A stretch of DNA of 63,973 bases, filler included, from Reclinomonas americana ATCC 50394 (lineage: Eukaryota), in assembly GCA_048213135.1 (NCBI GenBank). It is 14 parts of 6 records of this genome, joined end to end, with 100 filler letters (N's around TTAATTAATTAA, not from the genome) between each part and the next. Parts side by side here need not be neighbours in the genome. Positions count along the whole stretch, not along the records: positions 1 to 12,466 come from PS015589.1; 13 more parts are not named here. One strand, given 5' to 3'. Shown here piece by piece: positions 1 to 12,566 of the stretch. The position numbers and the translations under genes are program-made. Below the pieces are notes generated by a model. It was not told the DNA's origin, made no database searches, and saw only the letters and a program-made list of their open reading frames with translations. Each line of letters begins with the position of its first letter. Position 1 is the first letter of the stretch.

Positions 1-161
1 AGAGAGAGAGAGAGAGAGAGAGAGATACGCACGGCAGACAGTGATGCAGCGTTGAGGCACGGTGTGCAGCAGAACTTCACAAGCACACTGAATGATGACC
101 TGAGCATGTTTAGCGAGCGAGAGATGGTTCAATTCGTGAGCACTCACTCTTTCTCTTGCAG

Positions 162-522
162 TATCTCGGTCGGCATTGTCGGCTCGTCCGGTATGTTTTG
201 CTTGTTGACTCTCTCAGCGCTTCAGCCATTCACTCACGCATTTGTTCGATCGCCTCGCAGCTGCTCTGGCCGACGCTCAGAACGCCACGCTGTTCGTGAA
301 GATCCTCATTATCGAGATTTTCGCCTCCGCCCTCGGCATCTTCGGTGCGTTCACTTGCTGCGCGCAAGACGCCCACTGTATCTTGCTCACCCCCTTGCTA
401 CACAGGTGTCATTGTCGGCATTATTCAGAGGTCTTGTCGCCTCGTGTGTGCATCTTGCTCCGCGCCACTCGTCACTCACCCCATTCTGTTTGGTGTACAG
501 TCAAAAGGCCGTGTTCACGTAA
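162..522 (+). CDS. VMA16: V-type ATPase proteolipid subunit c'' (VMA16/ATP6V0B), 3' exons only
   Basis: Exons 162-191, 261-346, 406-430 and 501-522 join through GT-AG introns to [52 protein letters not shown], the typical c'' C-terminus. Confidence 0.9.
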
Positions 523-1047
523 CCAGCTCTGTCGGTCAAGTTTGGGTGGAGACTCGGCAGAGTTTTGTCTTTACGTGTTGTTGTTTTTTGGATGTTATGC
601 GAGTGAATGCGGAGGAGCACTTGCTGCAATGTGGTCAAGGGTCGGTGAGAGAGAGTGTGTGTGTGAGTTGAGTTGTGCGGAAAAACGGAGCCATGACTGC
701 ACGATTGTTCATACACTCGTTTTCTTCTTGTTTGGTGATTCTCCACAGAGAGAATGGTGGACTCAGTGTGTCATCCTTCTCACGCTGTGAAGAGAGCAGC
801 GTGGTAGAGGGCCGCGATGTTTGTGTTGCATCGTTACAGAGAATCGCTTCTGCTTCTCCCTGGCTATGTTCACAGTCTTGTATTTCACTAGCTTGTCCTT
901 CACTACTCCCAAGCAGCTTCCACGCTAGCGTTCTTTTCGTCTCCTTCTCTTCCAAAGTCGCTTCTACAATCAAGGGGCCGCACGAGACGACGAATTCTTT
1001 GCAAGACACATTAACATTTTGTCATTTATACAGCGGATCAGCGGGGA

Positions 1048-3551
1048 TTACACAAGCAGGACGGCGTTGATGCAGCCGTCGAGTTCGGGATTGTTGGTGA
1101 CCTGGGCGTACTTGCCCCACACAATCTACCACGACAAAAAATAAGAGTGAGACACGTGTTTCTCCTCCTCGTTCCCCAGACAGATAAAAAAACAGACCTT
1201 GCCACCGGGTGTTACGAGGCCGAGATCTGACACGTTGACCTCGAGGATTGTGCCCTTGGTGATGACGCCTAGTGTGGTGAACATGTGCGATTGCGGGTTC
1301 TTCTTCACGCCGATAATGTCCAGGCAGAAGGTTGCCTGTGCATCAAACACACAATCATAAGTATTGAGATGAGAGGCGAAGCAAGCGAATAGAATCAGGG
1401 AAAGCAGAGAGGGAGAGGGGGAGAAAGAGAAAGGATAAGCAATGTCCTGCACGGTTTACGAGTCCTGTACGCATGGAGATGCGAGCGCACAGCACAGACA
1501 CCATGTACAGAGGATATTCTGGGTCGCAACCGAGCGAGTCAACAGGATTAACCAGGTAGATCGCACACGCCGAAGCGCAGTGTCTACCGAGTACTGTTTG
1601 ACACGACAAAAACGCGACCCGTGACAGAGAAAGAAAGAAAAGAAGCATCNNNNNNNNNNNNNNNNNNNNNNNNNNNNNNNNNNNNNNNNNNNNNNNNNNN
1701 NNNNNNNNNNNNNNNNNNNNNNNNNNNNNNNNNNNNNNNNNNNNNNNNNNNNNNNNNNNNNNNNNNNNNNNNNNNNNNNNNNNNNNNNNNNNNNNNNNNN
1801 NNNNNNNNNNNNNNNNNNNNNNNNNNNNNNNNNNNNNNNNNNNNNNNNNNNNNNNNNNNNNNNNNNNNNNNNNNNNNNNNNNNNNNNNNNNNNNNNNNNN
1901 NNNNNNNNNNNNNNNNNNNNNNNNNNNNNNNNNNNNNNNNNNNNNNNNNNNNNNNNNNNNNNNNNNNNNNNNNNNNNNNNNNNNNNNNNNNNNNNNNNNN
2001 NNNNNNNNNNNNNNNNNNNNNNNNNNNNNNNNNNNNNNNNNNNNNNNNNNNNNNNNNNNNNNNNNNNNNNNNNNNNNNNNNNNNNNNNNNNNNNNNNNNN
2101 NNNNNNNNNNNNNNNNNNNNNNNNNNNNNNNNNNNNNNNNNNNNNNNNNNNNNNNNNNNNNNNNNNNNNNNNNNNNNNNNNNNNNNNNNNNNNNNNNNNN
2201 NNNNNNNNNNNNNNNNNNNNNNNNNNNNNNNNNNNNNNNNNNNNNNNNNNNNNNNNNNNNNNNNNNNNNNNNNNNNNNNNNNNNNNNNNNNNNNNNNNNN
2301 NNNNNNNNNNNNNNNNNNNNNNNNNNNNNNNNNNNNNNNNNNNNNNNNNNNNNNNNNNNNNNNNNNNNNNNNNNNNNNNNNNNNNNNNNNNNNNNNNNNN
2401 NNNNNNNNNNNNNNNNNNNNNNNNNNNNNNNNNNNNNNNNNNNNNNNNNNNNNNNNNNNNNNNNNNNNNNNNNGATATTTTTCCCTTTCATGCATACAGT
2501 ATCAAGATGCATCAAGAAAAGAACCGAAAGCACACGGACGATGCGCCGGTGGCCGAGGGCGCTGTGCCTGCGTATCTCATGGACCGTGAGCAGCAGTCAC
2601 GGGCCAAGATCCTCTCCAACACCATCAAGCAGAAGCGCAAGGAGAAGGCCGGCAAGTGGGACGTGCCGATTCCAAAGGTGAAGCCGCTGAGCGAAGACGA
2701 AATGTTCAAGGTCATTCGCACCGGCAAGAGGCAACGACGCGGCTGGAAGCGTCTCATCAACAAGGTCACCTTTGTCGGCGAGGACTTTACACGCAAGCCA
2801 CCAAAGTACGAGAGATTTATTCGCCCCATGGCGCTGCGCTACAAGAAGGCGCACGTGACGCACCCCGAGTTGAAGGTGAGGGCGGCGGGGGCGACNNNNN
2901 NNNNNNNNNNNNNNNNNNNNNNNNNNNNNNNNNNNNNNNNNNNNNNNNNNNNNNNNNNNNNNNNNNNNNNNNNNNNNNNNNNNNNNNNNNNNNNNNNNNN
3001 NNNNNNNNNNNNNNNNNNNNNNNNNNNNNNNNNNNNNNNNNNNNNNNNNNNNNNNNNNNNNNNNNNNNNNNNNNNGATGAGTGAATACCCATGATGATGT
3101 CGCGTCTCACAAAGCAGCTATGCTCTCTTCTCTTCTCTTCTCTCTTGCTCTTCTCCTCCTTGCCACGCAACGATTTCTTCATCTCAATCTTCTCCTGATG
3201 CCGCTTCTTGGCAAACAGCTTGGCGCGCAGACCATGCACGCGCTGTGCGAACTCGGCGCGCTTGTGCACCTCACGAGCGGCCTTCTTGCGCCTGAAGCAC
3301 AAGAAAAAACAAAGTGAGTGAGACATGTGCACATTCACATCACCTCCACAAACACACAAAACACAAAACACCACCACTTCTTGCTTTCCCTTTCGCACAC
3401 ACACGCACACACATGCGCGCGAGAGCATACACAGACGTGTAGATGAAGAGAGTGCGTGAGAGGAAGTGAGGAGACGAAACTGTCGCTCAAAGTGGTCGAG
3501 ACGCCGACCGTGTCGGCTGATCCACCGCTCAATGTACTCGTTCTGCGGCAT
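1048..3551 (-). CDS. NSA2: Ribosome biogenesis protein NSA2 (multi-exon; middle exon on an inverted contig)
   Basis: N-terminus [35 protein letters not shown] from 3551. C-terminal exons [46 protein letters not shown] and [25 protein letters not shown], with the stop at 1048-1050. Confidence 0.95.
2500..2875 (+). CDS. NSA2: NSA2 internal exon, on the opposite strand within gap-bounded contig 2474-2895
   Basis: cag|T ATC AAG ATG ... [12 protein letters not shown]...[13 protein letters not shown]...[35 protein letters not shown]|gtgagg. Intron phases match the flanking minus-strand exons. Confidence 0.9.
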
Positions 3552-3972
3552 GCTTTACACACACACACGGGAAAACACGCAAAACACTGAAGAGTCGCCT
3601 CTCTCAAGACGAGTCCAAAAAAAGTGTGAATCAGTCGATCGGCGGTAGCATGGTCGACCGAAGTATTCTTGCAAAGTGCGACAGCGCCAGCACCGTCGAC
3701 AGAAAGCAATGCGTCGTGCTGCGGAGCGCGGAATATGAAACGCAGCGCATCCAGCATGCATTTTTTCAATTCACTGCAGGCACTTCAATGAGAATTCGAA
3801 ATGAGGAAATAAAGCTGTCGCGTTTGCAGCTGTGCGTGGCACACCAGTAAACAAACGACGTCGATCAGAGCTGTATGAAAGATCGCTGTCGGCATTGTTG
3901 TTTTCTCTTATCTTTCTTTGCTTTTTCTGTCGACCGGTCATCCACTGCCATTCACTTCAATCGTGGTGCGCT

Positions 3973-6711
3973 ATGAGCGGTGAGAAGGACGGTGTGATTG
4001 CGGCGACTGGCAAGGCGACTGCGGCGGGTGCGTTGGTGGGCGGTGTGTTTGGCGCAGTGAATGCGGCGTGGACAGATGTGCCGGCGGTGAAGCGCGGCGA
4101 CGTGGCGCCCGCTGTGCGTGCCTCGTTCAAGGTGAACAGCGGGGGAGAGGAAGAGGGGAAGGAGAGGGGAAAGGAGAGAGAGAGAGAAAGAGAGAAAATG
4201 TGCGTGCGAGTTTGCGACTCTCTCTCACGCGTTTGCTGCTCTTCTATGCACACACACTCTCACACTGCGCATTCATTCAGTGCATCTCGCAGTCTCTGCT
4301 GCCCATCTCCTCTTCGTTGCACACACACTTCACACACTCTCTGCCTTCTGTGCGCATCATTCAATGCGCCTCGCAATCTGCTGCTCGTCTCCTCTTCGTT
4401 GCACACTCACTCTCACACTGCCTTCGTTGCGTACGTCATTCAGTGCACCTCGCAATCTGCTGTTCTTCTCTTCTTCGTTGCACACGCACACTCACTCGCA
4501 CGCACTCTGCGCACATTATTCAATGCACCTCACAATTTGCTGCTCTACTCTGCTTCGTTGCACACACTCACTCGCACACACTCTGCCTTTGTTGCGCATG
4601 TCATTCAGTGCACCTCGCAATCTGCTGTTCTTCTCTTCTTCGTTGCACACACTACTCACTCGCACGCACTCTGCGCACATTATTCAATGCGCCTCGCAAT
4701 TTGCTGCTCGTCTCCTCTTCGTTGCACGCTCACTCTCACACTGCGTTTGCTGCGCATGTCATTCAATGCGCCTCAGAATCTGCGGCTCGTCCACTCTCAC
4801 TCGCACACGCGTTCTCTGCATGTCATTCAGAGACGCATGCACTTCGCAATCTGCTCTCCTCTCTTCTTCTTCGTTGCACACACACACGCACCACTCGCAC
4901 ACGCTTCCTTTCGTTCAATGCACCTCGCAACCTGCTGCTCGTCTCCTCTTCGATGCACACACACTATCACACTCTCACACTCGCACTGCCTCAGTTGCGC
5001 ACGTTATTCTGAGACGCATCCGCGTCTGCTCCTCTCGTCGTCGCACACGTTGCGCATGTCGTTCAATGCGCCTCGCAATCTGCTCTCCTCTCAGTCTCTC
5101 TCTGTCTCTCTCTCTCTCGCTACCCACCTTGTTGCCTGTCATCCGAGTCGCTTTCTTTGTTTTCCGCCGCCAGTTCCTCTCTTCGCTACCGAAGCACGCT
5201 GCATTCCCCCGTCGTGTTCCTGCGTGTCACACGAAGACTCTTCTTTGTTTTCCGCCGCCTGTTCCTTTCCCCGCTTCATTGCTTGGCGTCCTTCTGCCGC
5301 AGCATTCTTCACCTTGCTGCTTGCAATTATTTTCCACGTTGTTTTCCGCTGTCTGTTCCTCTCCTTGCTTCGTTGCCTGGCGTCTTTCTACGCCAGCGTG
5401 TACCTGCTCTCCTTGCCGTATCGCTCCACAATTCTTCTACGTACTTTGTGTGGTGACTGCCGACTCTGTCATCTTCGCTCCTTCTATTTTCTTTCTCGTG
5501 ACATTCGTCGTCTTTTGCTCGTCACATCACCGGTCACCTTTCTCCTCTTGTCGCCTCGCTACTTCGTCCTGTTGTCTTCCTCCCTCCTGCGTGTCGTCTT
5601 CATTGTGTGCACCCGTTCTTGCTTCCCTCACTCTCTTCTCCCGTACCGGTCTGCCGCTGCGCGCGCTCTCCGCCTGTCTGGTTCCCCCCTCTTCCGTCTC
5701 CTCCTCCTGTTCCTGCATGTGTACCCGTTCTCCCCTCTCTCACTCTCTTCCCCCGTACCGATCCGTCGCCACGCACGCTCGCTCTGCTCTCATTTCGTGT
5801 TCTGCTTGTCAACTTTATTTCGTGCTTGTCCCTCGCCCCCTTCTCCTTGCCGATTCCCTCACTCTGCCTCTCTGCTACTCCTCCTCTTCCCTCCTCCTCT
5901 CCGCCTTCTCCTTTTCTGTCTGTCTACATGCTCTCTCTCCAACTGCCACTCTCATGCATTTCTCTCTTTCTCTCTCTCTCTCTCACACTTCCCTCCATCA
6001 CCCTGCTTGCCTCTTTCCCCACTGTCCCCTCTTCTACCTATTTTCTCAACCAATGTCTCCCCCACCGCCGTCGGGTATTCTCTCGCATTCCTTATGCGAT
6101 CCCCGAATAATCTGTTGCTGTCGTCATGATGCATGTTGTGTTTTTTTTGCTCGCCGACCTGTCTATCTCCATCTCCGATGTGCGGATGTGTGTGTGTGTT
6201 TGTCGGCGGGGGCGGGCAGCGATAGGAGAATCATACATGCATGCACGTGCAAACTGTCGGTGCGCAGAATCTCACTCAGAAGAGAATTGGTCCATGTTGT
6301 TGTTGGCTGCTGCCGCGCTGCAGGTTATTGGTAGCCATTCGCTGTTGTTTGCGGCGACAAGCGCTGTGTTCGTCGGCACCGACGCCACCCTCAGCACCAT
6401 TCGCGGCAAGAGCGACGTGTACAATGGCATGGTGGCCGGATGCGCCGCTGGCGGCGTAGTGGGCATGCGAAGTTTCGCCAGTGTTTTTGCTGCTTGTCGG
6501 CTGTACAGTCAAGTGATTGACTGATTGCTTGCTGTTTCTTTTCTTTCTTCCCCCTTCACACACAGTGCAACGGATTCCAGTGGGTGTCGGTGCGTGCGCG
6601 GCCTTTGCGGCCATGGCGGCGGCCGTCGACTACAGCAAGTCATTTGAGAAGTCGCGCAGCGAGCGATTGGAGCGGCAATTGCAGAACGTGCCTGCGCCGG
6701 CCAAGGAATGA
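3973..6711 (+). CDS. Tim17/Tim22-family membrane protein, most like complex I subunit NDUFA11/B14.7 (plant OEP16-3 type)
   Basis: Exons 3973-4131, 6324-6471 and 6566-6711 give MSGEKDG...AWTDVPAVKRG...SFKVIGSHSLLFAATSAVFVGTDATLSTIRGKSDVYNGMVAGCAAGGVVG..., with the R-x-K-x-D-x-x-N-x-x-x-A-G signature and four hydrophobic segments. Confidence 0.8.
4262..5090. repeat. Degenerate ~80-bp minisatellite (~11 copies) in intron 1 of the NDUFA11-like gene
   Basis: The core CATTCA(A/G)TGC(G/A)CCTCGCAATCTGCTG...CTTCGTTGCACAC recurs near 4275, 4357, 4437, 4518, 4602, 4682, 4760, 4823, 4912, 5005 and 5061, separated by CA-rich linkers. Confidence 0.85.
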
Positions 6712-7303
6712 TTCTTCCTCCTCCTCTTCCTCTGCCTCCTCATTCTTCGTATCCTCTCGGGGTCGTCTGTCTCTCCTTTTAGTGTCTCTGCTGCATGGTG
6801 TGTTGAGTTTTTGAGCGTGTGGTTGCCTGTCGGAGATACATACAGCGAATAGACAGTCGTCCAGCCTCGTTTGGCGAGTTTGATTTCCATTTTTCGTGCC
6901 TGTCTGCCGCGCCCGCGTCGCACCTTGTTGAATCTCGTCTGTTAATCATTGTCGAGCAGTTTCCGGGGAGCGGAGGTTGTCTGCCGTGAGTCGACCGCGC
7001 TAGGCGAAGGATCGAAAGACCGGAAAGGCCGCAACACCCACTTGTTTGCGCGGGGGAATCGAACCCCTGTTTTCCCCTCGGTCACTGGACGGATTTCACC
7101 AGCAACAAAAAAAAAAGCAGAGAGAAAGAGGAGACACAGCAGACAAGAGAGGTCGTCTCTCGTGTTGCAGCTGGCAACAGACGCACGCATACACGCAAAG
7201 GTTTGCCCTCTTTCGCTATGTTTGTATGAGTGTGGGTGCACAAATTCCCGCGAATGTCGAGCTTGGTCTTCTCACCCGCTCATCGTCCTCCACACACGCG
7301 ACA

Positions 7304-9909
7304 GATGGACATGCACAGTCGCTCTCGAGACCATGTGGTGCGCCTCGTCTGAACATGTCTCTCTGCCGCTCTGACACGAGTGTGCTCATCATCCTCGTCA
7401 CTCCTCGTTTGCAGCGTTCGAGAAGGCGATCACATCGCACGCGCTCCACATCGCTTTCTCCTCCCACTTTGCCGCCTTCCACTGGCCACACGTCGTCCTC
7501 ATCAACGTCACCTCCACTCGCCTTTGCAAGCACACCGCCTTTGACAAGGAGCACTGGCAGCAAGAGCGAGTCGAACAAGCACTCTGACGCGTTTATTGGC
7601 AGCTCTGATGATGATGATGATGATGNNNNNNNNNNNNNNNNNNNNTCGGCGATGATGTCGGCGGTCATAAGAGGGAGCGACTTGCTGTGCTGCGCGGTGC
7701 CTCTCTTGTTGCGTTGTGTCTTTTGTTTGTTGCGGGTGTCGACTTGTTTGTTTTCGCTGTTTCTCACTTGTGTTCGGAAATCGTCATGAATGCCTTCCCT
7801 CCCACACACACACTTACACAGCTCATTCGGAGGCTCGACATGTGGTTGCCGCGCGTGACACTGTTCTCCACTTATGCGCTGTTTGTGTGGCAGCACGCCT
7901 TTGCTTGGTGCGTGCTCAACTATCCTTTTATGGGCAATGGGTTTGATGCTGATATATGTCTCTGCATTTTTTTGGTGCTCTGTGCTTTCTCACGCGCAGG
8001 TCTTATGTGGCCTTGACTGTGGCCCTGCACATTGTAGTGCCATTCTTCGTGACGCGTGGAACAGGTAACGCTTGGTGTGTCCAAGAAACCCACGTTCCCG
8101 AACAAATCAGACGTGTTTTTTTTCTTGCTTCGCAGGCAGCAGCCCCTTTTCCAGTTCCATGTGGAAGAACGTGTTTGTGCAGAGCACGGTGCGTGATGTC
8201 TTTTCTGTGTTTCTCGTCTCTGCATGTGTTTACTGATTGATTGATTGATTTCGTGTGGCATACAGCAAGCACGTATTCCGCTGCGTTGGCGGCTTGCCGC
8301 TGTGATCGCCATTGTCGTGCAGGATGTGCTGCGCTGCTGGCTCAGCGTGCCCGCCGATCAGCAGTGGCTGCTGAATATAGTAGGCATCTTGTTCATCCCA
8401 CTGCTTATTCCCGACTTGCCGTGGCTGCAGCTGGCGCTCATCTCTGGAGTTGCGTGTTTTGAGTCTCTTTTTTTGGTGACCTCTGCCGGCGTCTTCGCTC
8501 ACTTGGCACCGAATGCAGGAGGCATTTTCTCCGTTCCTGTCTCTGTTAAACGCGGAGGCCGTCCTTGCCGCCGATGTGGTGCGCTGCGCTTCCACCATGA
8601 CCTTGCATGTTCGCTGTGCTCACCAAGAATGTGCAGCTCATGCTTCTGACCCTTGCGCTGGCCATGCTTGTCGCTGGTTCGTCACTGCGTTCGTGCGTGC
8701 TTCCTTAACCAGGCAACTAACGTTGGCTTGCTTCCCTGGCCCCGTAGGCATGCGTGACTCGTCGATTCGTTGCGTTCCTCCTGTGCTGATCCCTTGTTGT
8801 GCCCTGCTCACTCTATGCATCTATGACACTGGCAACAGAGAGCGAGTTCAAGCAGGCGGTCACAGAAGAACGCCGTGCCAAGGACACACTACAAAGTCGC
8901 AATCGAGAAATGGAGGTACGGTGTCTCTTGCACCACTCTCTCTCTCCCCCAACGCGAGCATGTCCTCACACCTCCCCTCTCTTCTCCAGAGTACGAAGCG
9001 CCTCTTGCAGCGCTCGCTGGAGCAAAAAGTAAGCACCACGTATCACCCACTGCGATGAACACGTCACTTATTCACTCTGTCCCCTTTTTGCCACACGCAG
9101 TCAATCTTTATCAGCCGCGTGAGCCACGAGTTCCGTGGCCCCATCATGGCGCTGTCGCAGCTCATCGAGGAACTCAGTGAGCACCCGTCGGTCACCACTA
9201 ATCAGAAGGCCATTGATCTAGTCACTGGTGAGTCGGCGCACTGCCTTGTTCTGCGCGATTGTCGTTGTTGTGCTCACCGCGGCACGCAGATGCACATGGA
9301 GCTTGCATCGTGCTGGCCAATCTGGCTGACCAGGCGCTGGAGTACATGAAGCTGGTGCGCCTCCGTGGTAGAGCAACCCTTCTCAAACGTCTTTCTCACT
9401 TCGGCGGTGTAACAGGATGAGGACTCGGTTGCCGCGGGTGTTTCGCCAACCGCGCAGGCTCCCAGTGCCGTACAGCCACTCGTGCAGTCGTGCGCAAACG
9501 CCTTTGTATCACTAGCAACACAAACTGGCAAGACATTGAGGGTACTGCCGCACACTGCTCCGGCACACTGCCATGGTTTTTTATTGACTAAATCGCCCTC
9601 TGCTTGCAGTTGGCTCCACTGACACCTGAGCTGGACCGCTACGTGTTTCGGGATCAGTCGGCCTTTATTCGTGTCATGTCCAATCTGTTGTCCAATGCGG
9701 GTGTGTGTGCTGTGCTCATTCGCCTGCAGTGTTCCCTGTCTTCCTTGCATGTTCTCATCCGTTCCCGACAGTCAAGTACACGGAGCGCGGAAACATTGTG
9801 GTCGAGGTGACACTGCTGGCTGGTATTCCACGACCACACCACATACAAGTGTCTGTCACTGACACTGGCGTAGGCATTCGCCCGGAGGATCAGGTACTGT
9901 TGTTGCTCA

Positions 9910-9950
<41 letters not shown>

Positions 9951-12173
9951 ACTCCTTCACTCAATTCACTCCTTATTGTGCACACAGGGCAAGATCTTTG
10001 AGCCGTTCGAGCAGGCCGGTTCACCAAACACTGGTCGATACTATGGTGTCGGTCTCGGTGCGTCTTATGCTCCTTTATCGCACGTCATCTGATCACGATC
10101 TGAATGTGTTCTGCCTTCTACAAGGTCTGAGTATCTGCCGCGAGACCCTGGCCATGCTTGGCGAATCTGTGTGGGTGGAGTCCCCGCTGGATGTCGTTGC
10201 GGGCACGGGTTCACGGTTCTCCTTCACGTTCCCGGTGCACTTTTCGCCCTCGGATCACGAGAGAGAATACGAAGGTGAGTACGTCGCGAATTACCTGGCG
10301 ATAATGGATCGCTGATGTTTTTTTCTGTGATCTCCGCAGCCTCGTCACTAACGCGCTCTCGCGGTGTTTCCATGTCGGCGGCTACGGGTACCGCACCGAC
10401 GCCATCTTCATTACCTCCTCGGCTACTGGCCTCCTTGTCGCAGACGCTGTCGTCGTCCTCGTTGTCGTCGGTGGCGGCTGCAGCGGCGACGGCAGCGACA
10501 GCGACCGCCGCGGCAACCGCCACGGCGACGTATGCGGCGTCGGATGTGCAGACTGCCGAACACCAAGTGATCCATCATCCCGTGCACCAGCGACCCTTGT
10601 CCAGCCGGTCGGCACTGCCGCCGCGCTACGGGCACGCCAGAGACCACCGCTTTCTCCATGCAACGCACCCACACCCGCCACCGCCACCGCCACCGCCGCC
10701 GCCAGTAATTGCTGGCGATGGCGGTGCTGCATCGGCGATTCCACCAATGGCCGTGGGTGGTCATCGATCCGTCGCTGTACCGTCGCCCCTGGCCGACAGT
10801 GGTTTCAGTCGGAAGCTGCGAAATCGGCGCGGTCACGTCTCGGGCAGCTCGGTCGAGTCGCGTTCATCGTCGCGTACCAGTGGCAGCATACACACGGGTG
10901 GCAGCCAGGAGAGCATCACCTATACGCCTGGATCCACGGGAGTGGTGATGCCCTTGGGTTCGCCGCCGCACATGGTGGAGTCGTATCGCGCCTCGGGTCC
11001 GCGTGGTCGGTCGGTGCCGACCTCGCCAGATCTGAGTCCCGGTCGCACGTCACCCGTTGCCAGTGGCAGCTACGGCAGCGGTGAGGATTCGCGAGTGGGA
11101 CGCGGCACACTGCTGGAACCTCCTCGCCTCTACGGCAATCACCATTCGTTGTCGGGACCTGCTGCAGAAGCCGCGGCAACAGCAGCAGCGGCGGCGGCGA
11201 CGGCGGCAGCAAGAGGCGCGCGATCGAGGACCGCCACCGCCACACGGTGCAGCAGTGACTCGGCGTCACTGACGGCCGCCACCGCCGGCGACGAGTCCTC
11301 GCGGGCAAGTTCCGCCGAGCTCGCCGCATCGGAGTCGACCACCGGAGCCACACAGAGCGGCATCTCCACCAACAGCACGGTGGCGACTGCAGCCGCGGAG
11401 GCAGAATCGCGAACATTCCACGTGTTTGTCTGCGACGACAATCGCATGGTGCTGCGACTTGTCGACAGGATGGTCAACAAGCTGTTTACAGAGGTGCGTG
11501 CTCGGATGCATTCGCGTCTGTGCGCGTCTGCCGTTGCTCATTGCACGAGCCGCACAGGTCACCAAGCACTACAAGGTACCGTGGAAACTGCAGACGCACG
11601 CATTCGCCAGCGGCGAAGAGCTCCTTGCATTCGCGGCTCGGTTCGTGGAGGACCCACGCGTCAGGTCGCAATCTGTTCGCGACCTGGTAGTCACCGGTAC
11701 GCATGTTGTTGTGTTTTTTTTGTTGTGTGATCTTCACATGTCTCTCACTTTGCCTTCGTGTCGTTTCTCTCTCGTTTTTCGCGCATGTCCATGCAGACTT
11801 TCAAGTTGCGTCTCGCGCTGGTGCTGCTGTACTTTTCCCTCTCTTTCTTTATCCTCAACCTAACCTCGCGCCTCGCCAGATGCCCGGCCTGAATGGCGAG
11901 GAGACGGCACAGCAGTTGAAGCGACTGTTTCGCAATGCCCAGTTGCCCGTTCCGACTGTGGTGTGCCTCACCGGCGAGGACGTATTCTACGAGCAGCGCC
12001 GTCGCGAATTTACGCGACCTGCTGGAGAGATCGAATCGCCGAGTGGCCTCGATGGCGTAATCCTGAAATCAAAGGAGCGCGAAGAGCTCACGGGCATCCT
12101 CGAGCGTCTCGTACATCGGGCGCGCGGGGCATGCCACGCCGTAGGTGCATCCTCGGCACAAGTTCGCTCATGA
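7304..12173 (+). CDS. Membrane-bound hybrid sensor histidine kinase/response regulator (5' end uncertain)
   Basis: Hydrophobic exons ~7820-8830. H-box FISRVSHEFRGPIMAL (~9100-9150), N-box MSNLLSNAVKYT, G1 VTDTGVGI, F-box KIFEPFEQ and G2 GVGLGLSIC. A long S/A/P linker precedes the receiver VFVCDDNRMV...DLVVTDFQMPGLNG...VVCLTG...DGVILK. Confidence 0.9.
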
Positions 12174-12566
12174 CGAACAAGTTAGTGCCCCCGAAAAAAT
12201 ACCAATCAATCTCAATGTAGGAATCGCGTAATCACGAATGTGGCACCAAGGGTACGATACACATACCAACAAACGTGAGGTCAAACACACACTAAAACGG
12301 GAAAAATAAGGAGAAAGCGGACACCACAGCGGTGAAGAGAGAAAAGAGGAGACGAGAGGAGAGGGGAAAAAACAGAACATTCTAGGCAACAGCGAGACCG
12401 ACAGCAGCACACGCGCAGTACCCAAGAAAACCAGGCACATGCACACACACACAACACCGTCCGTCANNNNNNNNNNNNNNNNNNNNNNNNNNNNNNNNNN
12501 NNNNNNNNNNTTAATTAATTAANNNNNNNNNNNNNNNNNNNNNNNNNNNNNNNNNNNNNNNNNNNN

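Noticed and set aside
4262..5090. Repeat-spacer pattern resembling a CRISPR array
   Set aside because: Repeats are degenerate, spacers are related CA-rich low-complexity sequence, there are no cas genes, and it lies inside a eukaryotic intron.
3832..6334. Long ORFs of 765 and 684 aa
   Set aside because: By-products of a stop-poor C/T-rich intron; the translation is S/L/H/C-biased and the true exons splice across it.
7045..7115. Possible tRNA gene
   Set aside because: Only a T-arm is present; no convincing D or anticodon arm and the spacing is too short.
12511..12522. Palindromic TTAATTAATTAA between N runs, 13 times (also 18639, 23923, 32962, 39585, 41734, 49680, 53103, 55635, 58386, 59670, 61383, 62917)
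   Set aside because: Identical, embedded in equal-length N runs and encoding stops in all six frames: an artificial contig-joining linker.
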